This document shows, piece by piece, positions 1 through 12,890 of a stretch of 64,000 nucleotides of DNA. This DNA is from Lama guanicoe. Its lineage: Eukaryota. Location: positions 4,093,802 to 4,157,801 of the forward strand of contig MU054400.1 in NCBI GenBank assembly GCA_013239625.1, in the 5' to 3' direction. The notes below the pieces were generated by a model, which had not been told where the DNA came from, ran no database searches, and was given only the letters and a program-made list of their open reading frames with translations. How positions within the stretch are numbered: position 1 is the first letter of the stretch; the number at the start of each line of letters is the position of its first letter. The translations under genes were made by a program, and so were the position numbers.

Positions 1-854
1 GCTCCACCATTGGAGTGTGATCTTGTGGAATAGTGTAAGCTCTTTAGGGGTAAACTTTTTCGTTTGATCTTAAATGTTTGCCACGTTGGTCTGGTAGACA
101 AATGTCTCTAGAATCTTTGTGGTAGTGGTAAATGCTCAGCTCGGATCACCAAACATTTGTTGAGGACCTACTCCATGCCAGGTGCTGGGAAAGGTACTGT
201 CTGAACGAAGATGGGTAAGTTACATGCTGGCCTTCCGGGAGCACGTCTGTAACCAAAATAAAGTTTCCTGGGTCAGCTTAGTCTGCGTTTTCAAAATCGG
301 ACATATGCTTTATTTCAGGTCCTTCCAGTTCCTGAAAGTCCAGTTGCACATGGGCTCAGGCCCGAGCGAGCCAGGCTCACTGCCTAATCCAGGGAGGCTC
401 CACCTTGCTCTCAGTTAGCTGCCTCACTAGGAGAGCAGGCAGAAGTCAAGACCTGGGCTTTACTGTCATTCTCAAGTGGTCATGGGTAGCTGGAGACTTT
501 GAAATGGACAAAGATTATTTATGGATAGAAAGCATTTAGAGGATCAAGTCTCAGGAATGAAAATCCAAGAGGAGAAATAAATGGGGAATGCGTCCCAGGG
601 AGATGAATAATATTTACTAGAGTATGTTTGTTTCAAGACAGATTCCTACGTTTTACTGCTTATAGTGGTAATCTTCGTGGGAAATTTTGGCCTTGAAGAA
701 AGGATTTGTGGAGTAAGTCTGGTGTGTGAAATGCTACGTGGTTGGCATCTGCGTGCTGGGAGAGGGGCCTGGGTGGCTTCTCGGGGGCACCATACTCCTA
801 TATGTGCCGGAGACGTGGTTTCTTTCCTCCTCTGGTTCTCCTAGAAGCCTTCCC

Positions 855-1030
855 TTTAGCAAATATTTTCTTAAGCACCATTATGTACCTGGAACTATGG
901 GAAGCAAGAGGCTATGAGGATGAGCCAGATACACACAGGCCTGCCGGGGAGACACACATGAAGCAAATGGTTATCCAGTAAATCACTGATTTTACTTGTA
1001 GTAAATACTATGAGTGCTGTTAAGAAGAAA
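855..1030 (-). mobile_element. L2 LINE 3' end fragment
   Basis: 'tttagcaaatattttcttaagcaccattatgtacctggaactatg' resembles the antisense L2 3' terminus; recalled consensus. Confidence 0.5.
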
Positions 1031-2544
1031 CACACAGCAGTAGATCTTTTGGCCACCTCCATATAAAGGTGGAAGCTGACTGTGTCCTGGGTTCCAGGCC
1101 TGGGTTTGTCTTTACTGACTGAGCAGGATGCGGTCAGGTTGAGCTTGGACAATGGGGATTCCAGTCCTGGCTATTCCTCCAGATCTGTGTTTTCCCCATC
1201 TCCATCTTTTCGGTCATTCCCACTCTTCTCCTCTTAGTCCCACATAGACGGTGATCGCCTTTAGGTCTGGGATCGTGATCTGAGCTCCAAGAACCAATGC
1301 TCTGCACAGTACATAGCAAATGCCAAATAAATGTTAGTTCAGTTGACCTGCAGACCTTCCTGCTGCATCTCTGCTTCTGAGTATAGACTTCAGCTGGGCA
1401 GAGGGGCTGTGGGTCCTATCCCGGTGTTATTCTTCAGTGAGACCTTTCACTGAGCATCCCTCACCACGGGATCTAGCTGAGAGATCCAGATAGGAGCTGA
1501 GTGAGGGAGAAGGTTTCTGCTCCAGGTCCTCCGGAGGGTGATGCAGGTTGTGTGCAGATCCCTTCTACCCGGCTCTCAAGGGATGTGAAAGGTTTGAATG
1601 TCAGCTTTGCTCTGGAGGGGTTTCAGAATCAGACTGATGGCTACATCTTGGCCAGCACCTTCCAGATTCTCTCTGAGGGGCCTCCAACATGTCCAGATGG
1701 AAGACATCAGTGTTTCATGGAAAACATAATGTAATACAATCTTAACTCTACATTCCCCCAGTCAGAAAATAAATCATTTCCCCTTGCATTCTTTAGGTCA
1801 CTACCATCCACTCCCAAACATTACTGCTACCCTAGAATCCAGCTTTCTTTCCACCACTACTTGCTTTCTCTCCACGCTCAGATGCCCTACTGCGTCTCCT
1901 AAACATATTATACATTTCTCCCTCTTCTCATTCTCTGTTACAGATTACTTAGAACAGACAACTGGTCACCCTGCCTCCAGCTCATGCAGTCCCTCCCCAG
2001 AGATATCTTTGTAAAATACAAACTTATAACAACCACCCTCGAGGGCATGCTGTTACCTACAGCGTACAATGCAGAGTCCCAAAGGGGGCTTAAGGAGCCC
2101 TCTGCAACCAGACTGCCCTTGTCCTCCTCTGTCTCTCCCTCGGGTATTCTCTGTGCCTGTTGCACCAAGGTGGGGCCCTGGACCACGCCCTGCTCCTCAG
2201 GCCTCTGTGACATGACGTGCCTTCTCCTTGGAAACCCCTCCAGGCTCCTCCTGCTCCTTTCTCCATGTCAGCCTTGTCAATATCTATCTATCATTCACGG
2301 GCCGGCTCAAGTTTCCTTGCTTCTCAACAGTTCCCCCAGTCTTCCCACCCATGCACCCCACCCAGTTAGTCACGCCCTCTTCTGGAACACCGTGTTTCTA
2401 CATGACTCTGCTGCGGGATTTATCACATGGTATTGGGACTTCCATCATCTATCCTTCTGGTCCTTGCTTTTGTTCAGATTTAGGTTCCCAGAGCCTCATA
2501 CTCTACTTCTTATCAACTATGTGACTGGGGACACTTAGAACTCC

Positions 2545-2670
2545 CACCAAGTTAATTTTCAATCTAAAGAGGCTAATGCCATGGTGCACTTTGTGTTATG
2601 AGGGGTAAATGAGATGAAGCATTTAGCACAGCACCTGGGGCATAGTAACTAACACATGGTCTTATCTGTT
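2545..2670 (+). mobile_element. MIR SINE fragment
   Basis: 'gttatgaggggtaaatgagatgaagcatttagcacagcacctggggcatagtaa' matches the MIR core and tail. Confidence 0.65.
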
Positions 2671-4432
2671 AATATCATCTATCAGCAGAATATCAACACA
2701 GACAGGAATTGTCTTCCGGAGGTACCTGGGGCTGAGTATGTCATCAGAAAGGACTTCTTTCAGGCTTTCGGCTTGAAGTGATGGATTTAGAGGAGGAGTA
2801 CAAGTCTGCTGTTACCATCAGCTGCTGAAGGGACATTTTCACTAACGGACCAGGGGCCATCCTGCAGAAAAGACCGATGAGAGCTTTGATAGGGGCAGTA
2901 GCCTGGAGCTGCTGGTGTGAAGGACATGGGGTGCACGGAAAATGAACAGACTGCTATTTTAGTTGTGCCACCAAAGGCCTTTCAAACCAAGACAAACACA
3001 AACTGGACAGAATCATTAAAAAACATCACATGGACATATATTATGGATTTGAATTAACCTATTGAATGGCCACTATGTATCCAGCGCAAAAAAAGTTCAA
3101 GGTATTGTTTTGGCTTTAGGCTATTCAACCTCACATCCCTCCCCGCTCCCCCCACCCCCAGGAGGACAGAAAGCTATTTTTATTTTGGCACCAGTATATA
3201 ATCCCAGACACACATGATCCATTCTGCCGTGCTACAGACTCAGTCCTCTTGGAGTTCAGTGAAAAGTGAGGTCAGCATGCACAGAGACCTGGGGAAAACA
3301 AACTGATTTAAGGTCCTAAACTGGGAAATACTGTTCCATTTCCTTCTGAATGGAGCCCACAGTGGTGCTGGAAAACCATCTGGAGAAATGTAGCCCCAGG
3401 AGTAATAGCATGCTGTAATGCATTTGATTAAAAAGAGGAAGGAAAAAACCATGGTATGTGTTATCCTCGTGCTAGGGCTGGGGAGCAGGCAGCCTGTGAG
3501 TCGTGGTCCATGGAGATTTTGCCTGGATTACTTTAAAAGCACTTTTGCAGAGCCAGGCAAATGAAAGTCATGTGTTTATTCATCAAGAAGACCTTCTCTT
3601 GGGGATATTTTATTTGCAGTTCTGTAACGAGGCAAAACCTTCCACATTTTTAATCTTCAGTGTGAGAACTTCTAAACGCTGGAAAAGCAGTGACAGGAAG
3701 AATGAGTTTGGATGTCTCAGAAAATCCTGATAAAATTTGGGAACTTGTCCAGGCTCTTTGAACTTTCCAGCTGTGCCATATTGGATTCTGTGTCTGTGGT
3801 AGCAAGTTCATTGGCAGCGTGTGCATTTCTCAGACTTTTTCAGTGTTTTCATCAAGGGTTCTGCAGAGCCCCAGAGGAGCAAAGGTAACACTGAGACACT
3901 CAGTCCTGAGTGTGGGGATGTCTGAATATCCCTAGATTTCTTCAGCCATCAGTGGGAGTTTGAGCAACATGCTGGGGTCACTTATTTCATGGGAGGGGAA
4001 ACTTTATATCGATGAAGGATGCTTTTGAGGGATTTCAGTGGTCATTTCCCAAGCCTCTCAGTTAAATGGTGTCAGCCCAGTACAAAGGGTCTCATAACAT
4101 CACAGAACGTGTGGAATTAGACCTTCCACTTCATTGGGGATTTCAGAAGGTTGTAGCTCCAACTCAAGAAGCCAATACTATGCGCCTTTGGTTCGGACCA
4201 TGGAAAACTGCATTCAACCACAGATAGTCAACTTCAGCTCTTTGTGATGCTATGAACAGGTGTGGTGACCAGTCATGAAGTTTCAGGGCACTTGGTACGT
4301 TTTTAAATGTGCTGAGTCCAGAGGAGGATGGCAAGGGGCTTTCGTTTCCTGTCGCATTTAATTTTGTGAGCCATTGGGTACACAAGGGCAAATGGAGTTG
4401 CTTGCGGTCATTTGATTCAGGAGAGAAACACG

Positions 4433-4955
4433 TGCATCAGTTATCTATTGCTAAATAACAAATCACCCTGGAATTAAGTTAAGACACCCAATGGTTATTA
4501 TCTCTCAGTTTCACTGGGTTAAAATTCAGAAGTGGCTCAGCTGGGTGGTTCTAGCTCAGGGTCTCTACTGAAGTTGCAGTCACAATGCCAGCTGGTGCCA
4601 CAGGCATCTGAAGGCTTGACTGGGGCTAGAAGATCTGCTTCCGCAATGGTGTCATCACATGGTGTTGTAGGAGCCCTCAACACCTTGTCACATGGGCCAC
4701 TCCACAGAGCTGCTTGAGTGTCCTCGTGAGATGGCAGCTGGCTTCCCCAGAGTAAATTGAGAAGAGAGGGAGAGCAAGCAGGAAGCCACAATGCCTTGAC
4801 CTAATTTTGGAAGCAAAACACCTTGCTTCTACCATATTCTCTTCATTAGAAGCGAGTCACTAAGTACAACCGGCTTTTAAGTAGTGAAATACTAGTGTCC
4901 ACCTTTTGACAGAAGGAATATCAAAGAATTTGTAGACATATTTTAAACCAACACA
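4433..4955 (-). mobile_element. MaLR solo LTR, MLT1F/G-like
   Basis: Starts 'tgcatcagttatctattgct', contains 'gctcagggtctc...catctgaaggcttgactggggct', ends 'gaatttgtagacatattttaaaccaacaca'. Confidence 0.85.
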
Positions 4956-4957
4956 CC

Positions 4958-5150
4958 AGAGCCTCAGAAGTCACTGACATGGGTGTGAATTTCAAGTCTG
5001 CCACTTGAGGCAAGTGGATGAGCCTCCAAGCTTCATTTTACTCATTTATGAAGGGATGTCCAAAATACCTACTATGCAGTGTTATTGATGGGATTAGATG
5101 TGATGCTTATAAAATACTTCAAATGGCCCCAGCCTAAAGTTGGTGCCAAA
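4958..5150 (+). mobile_element. MIR SINE
   Basis: 'gggtgtgaatttcaagtctgccact...cttcattttactcatttatgaaggg...gggattagatgtgatg'. Confidence 0.6.
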
Positions 5151-6049
5151 TATAGAGTTGATATGATGATGACAGTGACAATCATGGTGATGATGATGAA
5201 TGATCTTGGGCAAATGATGCAATCTCTGAGTGACTTTTGGCTTACACCTGCCTCATGAGACCATTGTCAGGATTAAATACTGCATCTTATGAGAAAGCAA
5301 TTACTGGCACAAAGCACACGAGTTTTCCTAGTCTTCTCGGAGGGACACCAGTGAGATGATATTTTGGTCATTCTTGTGATTAAAAAACATCAGCTTTAAA
5401 ATGGAAATATTAGCTATCATTAAGGTCATAAAATTGTTAGAGCACGCCCAATGGAAAAAAGTAGGGGACTCAGACTTTAAAATCTGCTCATCTAGACAAA
5501 AGGGTTCATCTCTCTTCCATTAGAGGGACAGTTTTCTTGCATGATTCATCACATCGGTTGTTTGTTGTGTGTCAGCCAATCTCTTCAGGGTGTTGAACCT
5601 TGAGATGACATTTCTCATCCCTCTTACACAAAGTGGTACAGAGCCAATTTGAAAACACACACACACATACACCCCAATCTGTCATTCAGTGTGTCATTTG
5701 GTACCTTCCCATCATCTGAAAACAATTATTCTTTGGATGATGATGTTGTTGGCTGTGAAAAGGGATGAAAAATGTCAGAGTGAGGCATTTGATGGCAGAT
5801 GGTTTTTACTGTTTCAAAATGATGCTTTGCCTGGAAGCCAGGGGACTTTTGGTTTAACAAAAAGGCCAAGTAGTTGGGCGGTATGGTGTACAGTCAGATT
5901 TCAGGCCCCAAGCTCAGAACAGTCTCAGAGTGGCCCAGACCGCACAACTTAAAAAACAAAGAAACAACAAAAAACAAAACTAGGTTTCTTGTCTCCCAAG
6001 AACCATTATTTAATGGAACTGGATTTGAGCTGTTCCTGGTGAAGTTACT

Positions 6050-8450
6050 CCAGCAAAGGCCGATTTACACATGGTAATTTCAAGGTTCCTGGAATTTAAG
6101 GTGAACCTGGCAAAGCCTCCATGAATCTGAGGAGCCAGGGGAAGTAACTTCGCAACAGTGATGCGGACGTGGGAAGACAAAGAACAAAGACCATTATCTT
6201 CCTGTCCTGGGAAGACGCAGTTTTCCTCCTTTCCACCTCCTATTAGTCAAAGGCAGGGTGGGTGGGGAGGGTTCCAGTTTTCCTTGGAATGAATTGTCAA
6301 AACTTTCCCCTCCAGGCTTGAAACTTGTTCCCCTCCAAGCTGCTCAGCACGTTGTCAAACCAGTCTTTACTTGAAAGCCATATGGCATCAACATGAAAGA
6401 TGTCCTATTGTAAGTCCCTCCGCCCCCCAGCCCCCCACCCCCACCTTCTGAAAGACTTTCGAAAGATGTCATATCCTGCATCGGGGGCCCGCGGGGTGAG
6501 GGCTATGGAGAGCAGGCAGTCCAGCAGGGGGAGGGGCCCCGGGGCCTGAGACCCCCACTAGGGGAAGGACCCGGGCTGGTTTCTGTAGAGCAAATGAAGG
6601 AGAGAAAAACTACTGACATGGGAGGTGGAGTAGGGGAAGACAAAGCAGGGAAACGTCGGTTTTGGTTTTATGGAGCTTACAAACCTGAACTCGAATATTA
6701 AAAATGCTTTCATCAGTCTCCTTAATCCAGAGACATTCTTTCTGGCTTAAATGGGAGGAAAAATCAGTCCCTTAAGGGGAAAGCAAGAGCAGAAGGAGGT
6801 AATGAGTATGTGAGTCAGACGCAGAGAATTGCGGGCAAATGCATTTGTTTTAGGGGGCGGAGGAGGGCCGTTCTCAGCTGGTCTAACGGTGCGGATCCCT
6901 GATAACGCCCGCCTGCTTCTTACTGACTTCTCCCTTTAGTTATGACAAAACTTTGACTCCATTCAGTGGGGAAAAGGTGAGGAAAGAGAGAACCATTCCT
7001 TTCTTGTTCACTTCCCTTTCTCTGGGGAATAAGAAGCACTCAGGCTCCAAAGCTGTGTTTTGCTTTGGGTTTGGCCTTTTACTGGGGGTTGCAGAAAGCG
7101 GTTGTAGACATTTGAGGGGAAATAAAGCCTGTGGTTTATTAACCGGGCTGGTTTTAATCAGCAGTGATTTGACGAGGGTAACATTAGAGCTACAACACTG
7201 ATAACTGATACTATGATTTTCTCTGCTTTTAACCCCAAACTGAAGTCTTGTGGATTCACGGACAGAAATGCATTTGTTTCCCTGGTCAGGCTGTGGGGAG
7301 TGAGGGTTTTGTGAGGACAGCTTCAGATGAGGACAGGAGAGGCTGGGGGCTGGGCTGGCTGCCTCAGAGTTCTCTCAGCTGGAATTCCAGCTGCTAAAAG
7401 CAAGTCTCGGAGACCCGGAGACCCAAAGGCTTCTTAGAAAGGCCAGTGGAAGGGAGAGGAAGGGGGAAGGCAGGTTCAGGCTCCCACCCTGATGGGCAAG
7501 TATCATGAGCATCTCTTCGCAGATCTGAGGTGATGTCTCAGGTCACGACACCCTACATTTCCCAGAGGTAGCTAGTAATGTTGTTCCTTCCCTCTAAGAG
7601 GAAAGTTGAAACAGTCTAGGCCGACTTCCAGGCAGAGGGCTGCTCCTTAGGGTAACCCAATCCTGTCCTACCGGAACAAAACCTTCTGGATATCTCCCAC
7701 CCGCTCCACTGGTTAGCATGGCCTCTGCCAGAATCACTGCCAATAGCCCAACGAATTTACAGTTTGACCTTGAAAACCAAAGTCAAGCTCCTGCATTAGT
7801 CAGCAACTAGGGTTTCCGGGAACGCTCTCCGCAAGAGTAAAGTACTTTGTTTTTCAGCGTATTTTTTTAAAGGAGCAAGGGAAGCGCAGCATTTCCCGTT
7901 CTCCGACTGCGTAGAGGACAAATGAGATGATGCATGAGGCCCCTCGAGAGACCTGGGGGTGAGGGTGGGGAGCGGACGGACTCATCCCTTCAGCCTTCCT
8001 GAGGTTTCTGTCAGGTCCTGTGTTTCTGTCTTTACATGTATTCAAGCCGCTCTTCCCAGGGTAGAGAATGCTTTCTTCTTCTTGTGTCAGAGGCGCACTC
8101 ACCAGCCCCCGTCTCTGCCTTGGTGTTCCTGGTGAAAGGGGGCGCGCATCCAGGAGGTGGCCGCTCAAGGTGATGGTGGAGCCAGGGGCGTGGTCGGGGA
8201 GGAATCGGAGAGTCTGCTCTGCTGCAGGCCAGGCTTAGCTCCTCCCACCTGGCCCTTCCCGCTGCTCTGACCCCATCGCCCTCGGGCCCCTCTTCAGTGG
8301 GCATCTCCCGGGGAGGCTGCCCAGGTCACAGCACCAGCTCCCTCTCGGGACCTCCCCTGACTCAAGGGGTGCCCACGGAAGCCACGTCTTACCGCCCCTG
8401 GCCGAGAAGTGGACACCCAGCTCTGGAGCAATAGAGTGTCTCCCGGGACT
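6050..8450. promoter_or_regulatory. Repeat-free, GC/CpG-enriched candidate promoter or enhancer
   Basis: No recognisable TE. GC box 6853-6860, AP-1 TGAGTCA 6811-6817, GAS motifs at 6086, 7431 and 7814, CTCF-like words at 6521 and 6555, G-run clusters. Confidence 0.5.
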
Positions 8451-8684
8451 ATGAAATCATACTGGAAAATCACAGAGACTAGGATTTGTTAGAGCCGGGT
8501 CTCATTAATGACAGTGCCCGGGAGCAGTAGTCACCAAGCTTTTTTTTTTTTCATTATGCATGGGTTAAAAATGGGACATGTGTTCCCAACATATTTATAT
8601 TTATATGTTTATAGCTTGTATACATTTACTACTATCACTAGCTAATATCTCAAGACATACCATGTACTTAGGTTTTTTTAGGAT

Positions 8685-9142
8685 GCAAAGTCAGTATGAC
8701 CTCAGTAGCAACAACCATACCTAACGCCTGGTTTTTAAATCATTCTCCAACAAAAAGAAGCACGAATCCCTGGATAAATGGTTGATTCTAGGACTGGTCC
8801 AGGAAATATATAAGATTAGCCTGGAGCATCTTGTAATGACAGAAAGTAAGCAAGCACTCAAACAAGACAAAACAAAGCAACATCATAATGGAGGGCTGTC
8901 AAAGGAACACAGGAGCCAACTGAGAGAGCTCCCAACGGCCAAAGCTGGAAAAAGCTGAGCAACGAAATAAGCAAAATACTATAGGGTTATAATCCAAAGC
9001 ATAAAATAAATATCCATGAGCCCATACTGACATAAATAAATGACTGAATAAATAAAAGAAGAAGAAGAGATAAATTTCATGTACAAAAGCATTCCAAATA
9101 ATTGATGTAGATATGTCACCATCAAGGAGGCATTACTCCTCA
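8685..9142 (+). mobile_element. Old L1 3' UTR, L1MC3/4-like (left part)
   Basis: 'aaatggttgattctaggactgg...cctggagcatcttgtaatgacagaaagtaag...cacaggagccaactgagagagctcccaacggccaaagctgg'. Confidence 0.75.
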
Positions 9143-10080
9143 CTTTTTTTTTTTTATTGAAGCATAGTTGGTTTACAATGTTGTGTTAATTTCTGGTGTT
9201 CAGCATAGTGATTCAGTTATGCATATATATTCCTTTTCATATTCTTTTTCATTATATGCTATTACAAGGTACTGAATATAGTTCCCTGTGCTATACAGTA
9301 GGACTTTGTTGTTCATCTGTTTTATGTCTAGTAGTTAGTATCTGCAAATCCCAAATCCCCAATTTATCCCTCCCCATCCCCTTTCCCTGCTGATAGCCAT
9401 AACTTTATTTTCTACATCTGTGAGTCTGTTTCTGTTTGTAAATAAGTTCATTTTTGTCATTTTTTTAGATTCCACATATAAGTGATCTCATATGGTATTT
9501 TTCTTTCTCTTCCTGGCTTACTTCACTTAGAATGACAATCTCCAGGTCCATCCACGTTGCTGCAAATGCCATTATTGTATTCTTTGTTGTGGCTCAGTAT
9601 TATTCCATAGTATATATATATGCCACAACTTTATCTAGTCATCTGTCAATGGACATTTAGGTTGCTTCCATGTCTTGGCTACTGTAAATAGTCCTACTAT
9701 GAATGTTGGTGTGCATAAATTTTTTTGAATTAGAGTTTCCTCTGGATATATGCCCAGGAGTGGGATTGCTGGATCATATGGTAAATCTACTTTTAGTTTT
9801 TTGAGGAATCTTCATACTGTTTTCCATAATGGCTGCACCAGACTACATTCTTACCAACAGTGTAGGAGGGCTCCCTTTTCTCCACACTCTCTCCAGCACT
9901 TATCGTTTGTGGACATTTTAGTGATGGCCATTCTGATTGATGTGAGGTGATACCTCACTGTAGTTTAGATTTGCATTTCTCTATGCAAATAACATTATGC
10001 AATAACATTGCATACAAATGTTGGCCATTTGTATGTCTTCACTGGAGAAATGTTTGTTTAGATCTTCTGCCCATTTATTG
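9143..10080 (-). mobile_element. Younger 5'-truncated L1 (ORF2 C-terminus, 3' UTR, polyA)
   Basis: Poly-T at 9144-9155, artiodactyl-type L1 3' UTR, antisense ORF2 peptide '[25 protein letters not shown]'. Degenerate TSD attactcctcactt / attacgcctgcactt. Confidence 0.92.
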
Positions 10081-10330
10081 ATTACGCCTGCACTTCTTAA
10101 GAATTGTGCATAGTGACTTCCTTTCAAAGGGGACCGTATGGAAAGGGGAGGGAGGAAGGTAGCTTTACAATGGAGGAACCTGACAATCACTACTTCAGCT
10201 GGGTGACTAAGGTCAACATCAACAGTGATGTGTCCCTTTGATAGGATGTGATGAAAATAGCACTTTACCTCTGTGGTCTTTTTTCCCCAAACCCATAACC
10301 CCAGACTAATCATGAGAAGCATTACAAAAC
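10081..10330 (+). mobile_element. Old L1 3' UTR, L1MC3/4-like (right part)
   Basis: 'gcatagtgacttcctttcaaagg...aaggtcaacatcaacagtgat...cactttacctctgtggtctt...cccataaccccagactaatcatgag'. Confidence 0.8.
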
Positions 10331-10930
10331 TGTATTTCTGAAATTCTGGGCTTGCCTGAGAGGAATTTAGAGTGGGAGAGAAAAGACTACCATTCATAGA
10401 AAGTTGGACAGTTCCCCCCAAATACAGTCTTTTCTCTGCCCCAACAGTCTGTAATAAGAATGAGTAAGAGGCGGTGAATCCCCTGGCCATGCCCCTCCAC
10501 TCAAACACAAGAGAGCCTTTCCCATTCTCCTCTGCACAGTCAGGGAAGGGGAAATGTGTGGTGAATTCACCCAGCACCTCATTCAATCCTCACAGCCATG
10601 TTCAGAGGAAGGAATTAGCATTACATAGCTCAGGAATGGTTTCCTAGAGGATAAGAAATTGTGGAGCGTCTCACAACTAGTAAGAATTGCAAGTGAAATT
10701 TAAACCTTCAGTTCCAGGTATATATAAAGCTAAGACCTACCACCACTGCCCTGTCTCCCAGGAAGATGTACACAGAAGACCTGCCAGATAGATCTTACCT
10801 TGGATGAGGGAATGCAAGAAACCAAGGACTTGACAGAAAAGAATTCCAGAAAATTCTGTTGGAGGGAATTTTTGAGATGGCCTGGAAGCCCAATGTTACC
10901 CCATCCCTATCGAAGAAGGATTATTAAAGT

Positions 10931-10990
10931 AAAGGGAGAGAGAGAGAGGGGGAGGGAAGAGGGAAGAGGGAAGAGGGAAGAGGGAAGGAG
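10931..10990 (+). repeat. Polypurine (GGGAAGA)n low-complexity tract
   Basis: About 60 nt of purines read directly from the sequence. Confidence 0.85.
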
Positions 10991-12642
10991 TGGCTGCAAA
11001 TTGAAGATGTGTACTCTGGCCTTCAACAAGGTCTTGGTGACCAAGAGTCGTTTTCCATTAGCCAAAGGGAAGTTTAAAGCACTCCGTGGTATGTCGTCCA
11101 GGCCATTTTGGGCTTTCCAGCCAAGTATGTGATATGACTAAGATAGTTTAGGGTAACCTTGGGAAAAGCTAATAGTTAAATCAATTCAGTTCAGTCTAGC
11201 ACTGCATACAGAACTCTTTTGTCTTCTTAACTAAGACCCTGTTTTGCAAGGTGCTGTCGCCCTGCACCACATATACACAAGTCTCTGGGGACAAGGTATT
11301 GAGATACTGATTTTTGCCTTGCTTTCACATACAGTTTTGTGCCTTGTTGCACTTTGACTGGACGTGTCAAAGACCCATGCCCATCCCTCATAGCCCGGGA
11401 GGGAGCAGGGCCTTGGAGGGAACGGGTGAAGGAGAATGTCTTGTCATCGGCTTTACACCTGTCTTGCGTGAGCTATGACTGCCTCACAAGGAAGGCGGAC
11501 CTGCCCGTCAGGGGCTTAGAAGCAGACGGGGTGAGAGAAGCCAGTATCTCCCAGACTAAGGGCTGGGACACCCAGGGATTCCTGTCTCATGTGATGGAGG
11601 AGGGATGAGAGCCCACAAATGCTGGCGTCAGCTGTTCTGCTAGGCACATAGGGAGGAACCTGGAACTAGAGTTGTCTGACCTGGAAGATAAGAAAGTGGC
11701 GCATCTTTCACACTCAAGTGTTGTGGGGAAGACTCAGTCATTACACATATTATTTACCGATACTCATATATTTACGGTATTTTCTAATTATTTCGTGTTC
11801 CTCAGTCTTACTTCTGCTAAGTTCTTGGAGAGGCTGAGATCACGTCTTGTACTCGCATATTCCTTGGTTCTAGGCTCATAATGGTTGCCTTAGCGGGCAT
11901 GTGTTGCTTTTTGATGCTTGTCGCGTACTGAAAGCTTATTCAAGATGATGAAAAGATTCTTAAATTTCCCAACTATCTTAACAAGAGGAACTAACCACAG
12001 CTGAGGGACACCCTGCTAGTCCCTGACATTGCCCTGAATTTAAGATGGCAGGTGCCTTGGGACTCATCCCGGGCAGGAGCCAGTTGACTCACCCGCAGAC
12101 ACCGGGCTGCCCTGCCTCTGTGACAGTCTCCATCACCTGGAGAGATTTGTCCAGTATTCACCATCAGAAAATACACTTCCCCGTTAGTAATATCCTCTTC
12201 ACTCTTTCTTTCATTCCAGCTACATCTGATGGCCTAAATCCTCTAAAGGCAAACCCTTGCAGCTTAGGATTCCGAGAAGAACTTCTTTTTCGATATAAGG
12301 GTTATATGTGCTAGCTTACATTTAGACTCAGAATGACTGCGTCCTCAGTGTTTCGGCAAAGCAGGCTGGGCTCTGCTGGTGCTGTCATCCCTATAAAGGA
12401 AGAGCTGGTGCTCAGGTGGGTGTGGGCAGATCAGGGTGCCTCCAGCTTTCAGAGGCTGTATTTCCATTGTGGGCATCGGGAATTTGTAGTTGTCAAGCCG
12501 AGCCACTTAGGGATCTGTGCATTCTTCACATTCTCGTGTGCGTGTGTGTGTGCGCGCACACATACACACGGAAGTCCACAGGAGAACTCAGAGTCCATTC
12601 CTCCACCAACTCTGAAAGTACTTGATAAGTGGAGACAAAGAT

Positions 12643-12890
12643 TTTTTAAAAAATTTTCTTTGAAGTGTAGTTGATTTATAATATTAGTTTTAGGTGTACA
12701 GCAAAGTGGTTCAGATATACATATACATACATATCGATTTTTCTTTTCAGATTCTTTCCTAGTATATGTTATTACAAGAAATTGAATAGAGTTCCCTGTG
12801 CTATACAGTAGGTCCTTGTTGTTATCTCTTTTATATATAGTGAAGTGTGTCTGTTAATCCCCAATCCCTAATTTATCCCTTCCCACCCTC
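12643..12890 (-). mobile_element. Short L1 3' end insertion
   Basis: 'tgaagtgtagttgattta...gttccctgtgctatacagtaggtccttgttg...ctaatttatccct' is homologous to 9155-9375; possible TSD 'agattttt'. Confidence 0.85.

Noticed and set aside
1984..2538. 184-aa ORF
   Set aside because: No recognisable domain, low-complexity S/L/P composition, and the region looks like decayed L2-type sequence.
9981..10586. 201-aa minus-strand ORF
   Set aside because: Chance read-through across L1MC 3' UTR and an L1 ORF2 fragment.
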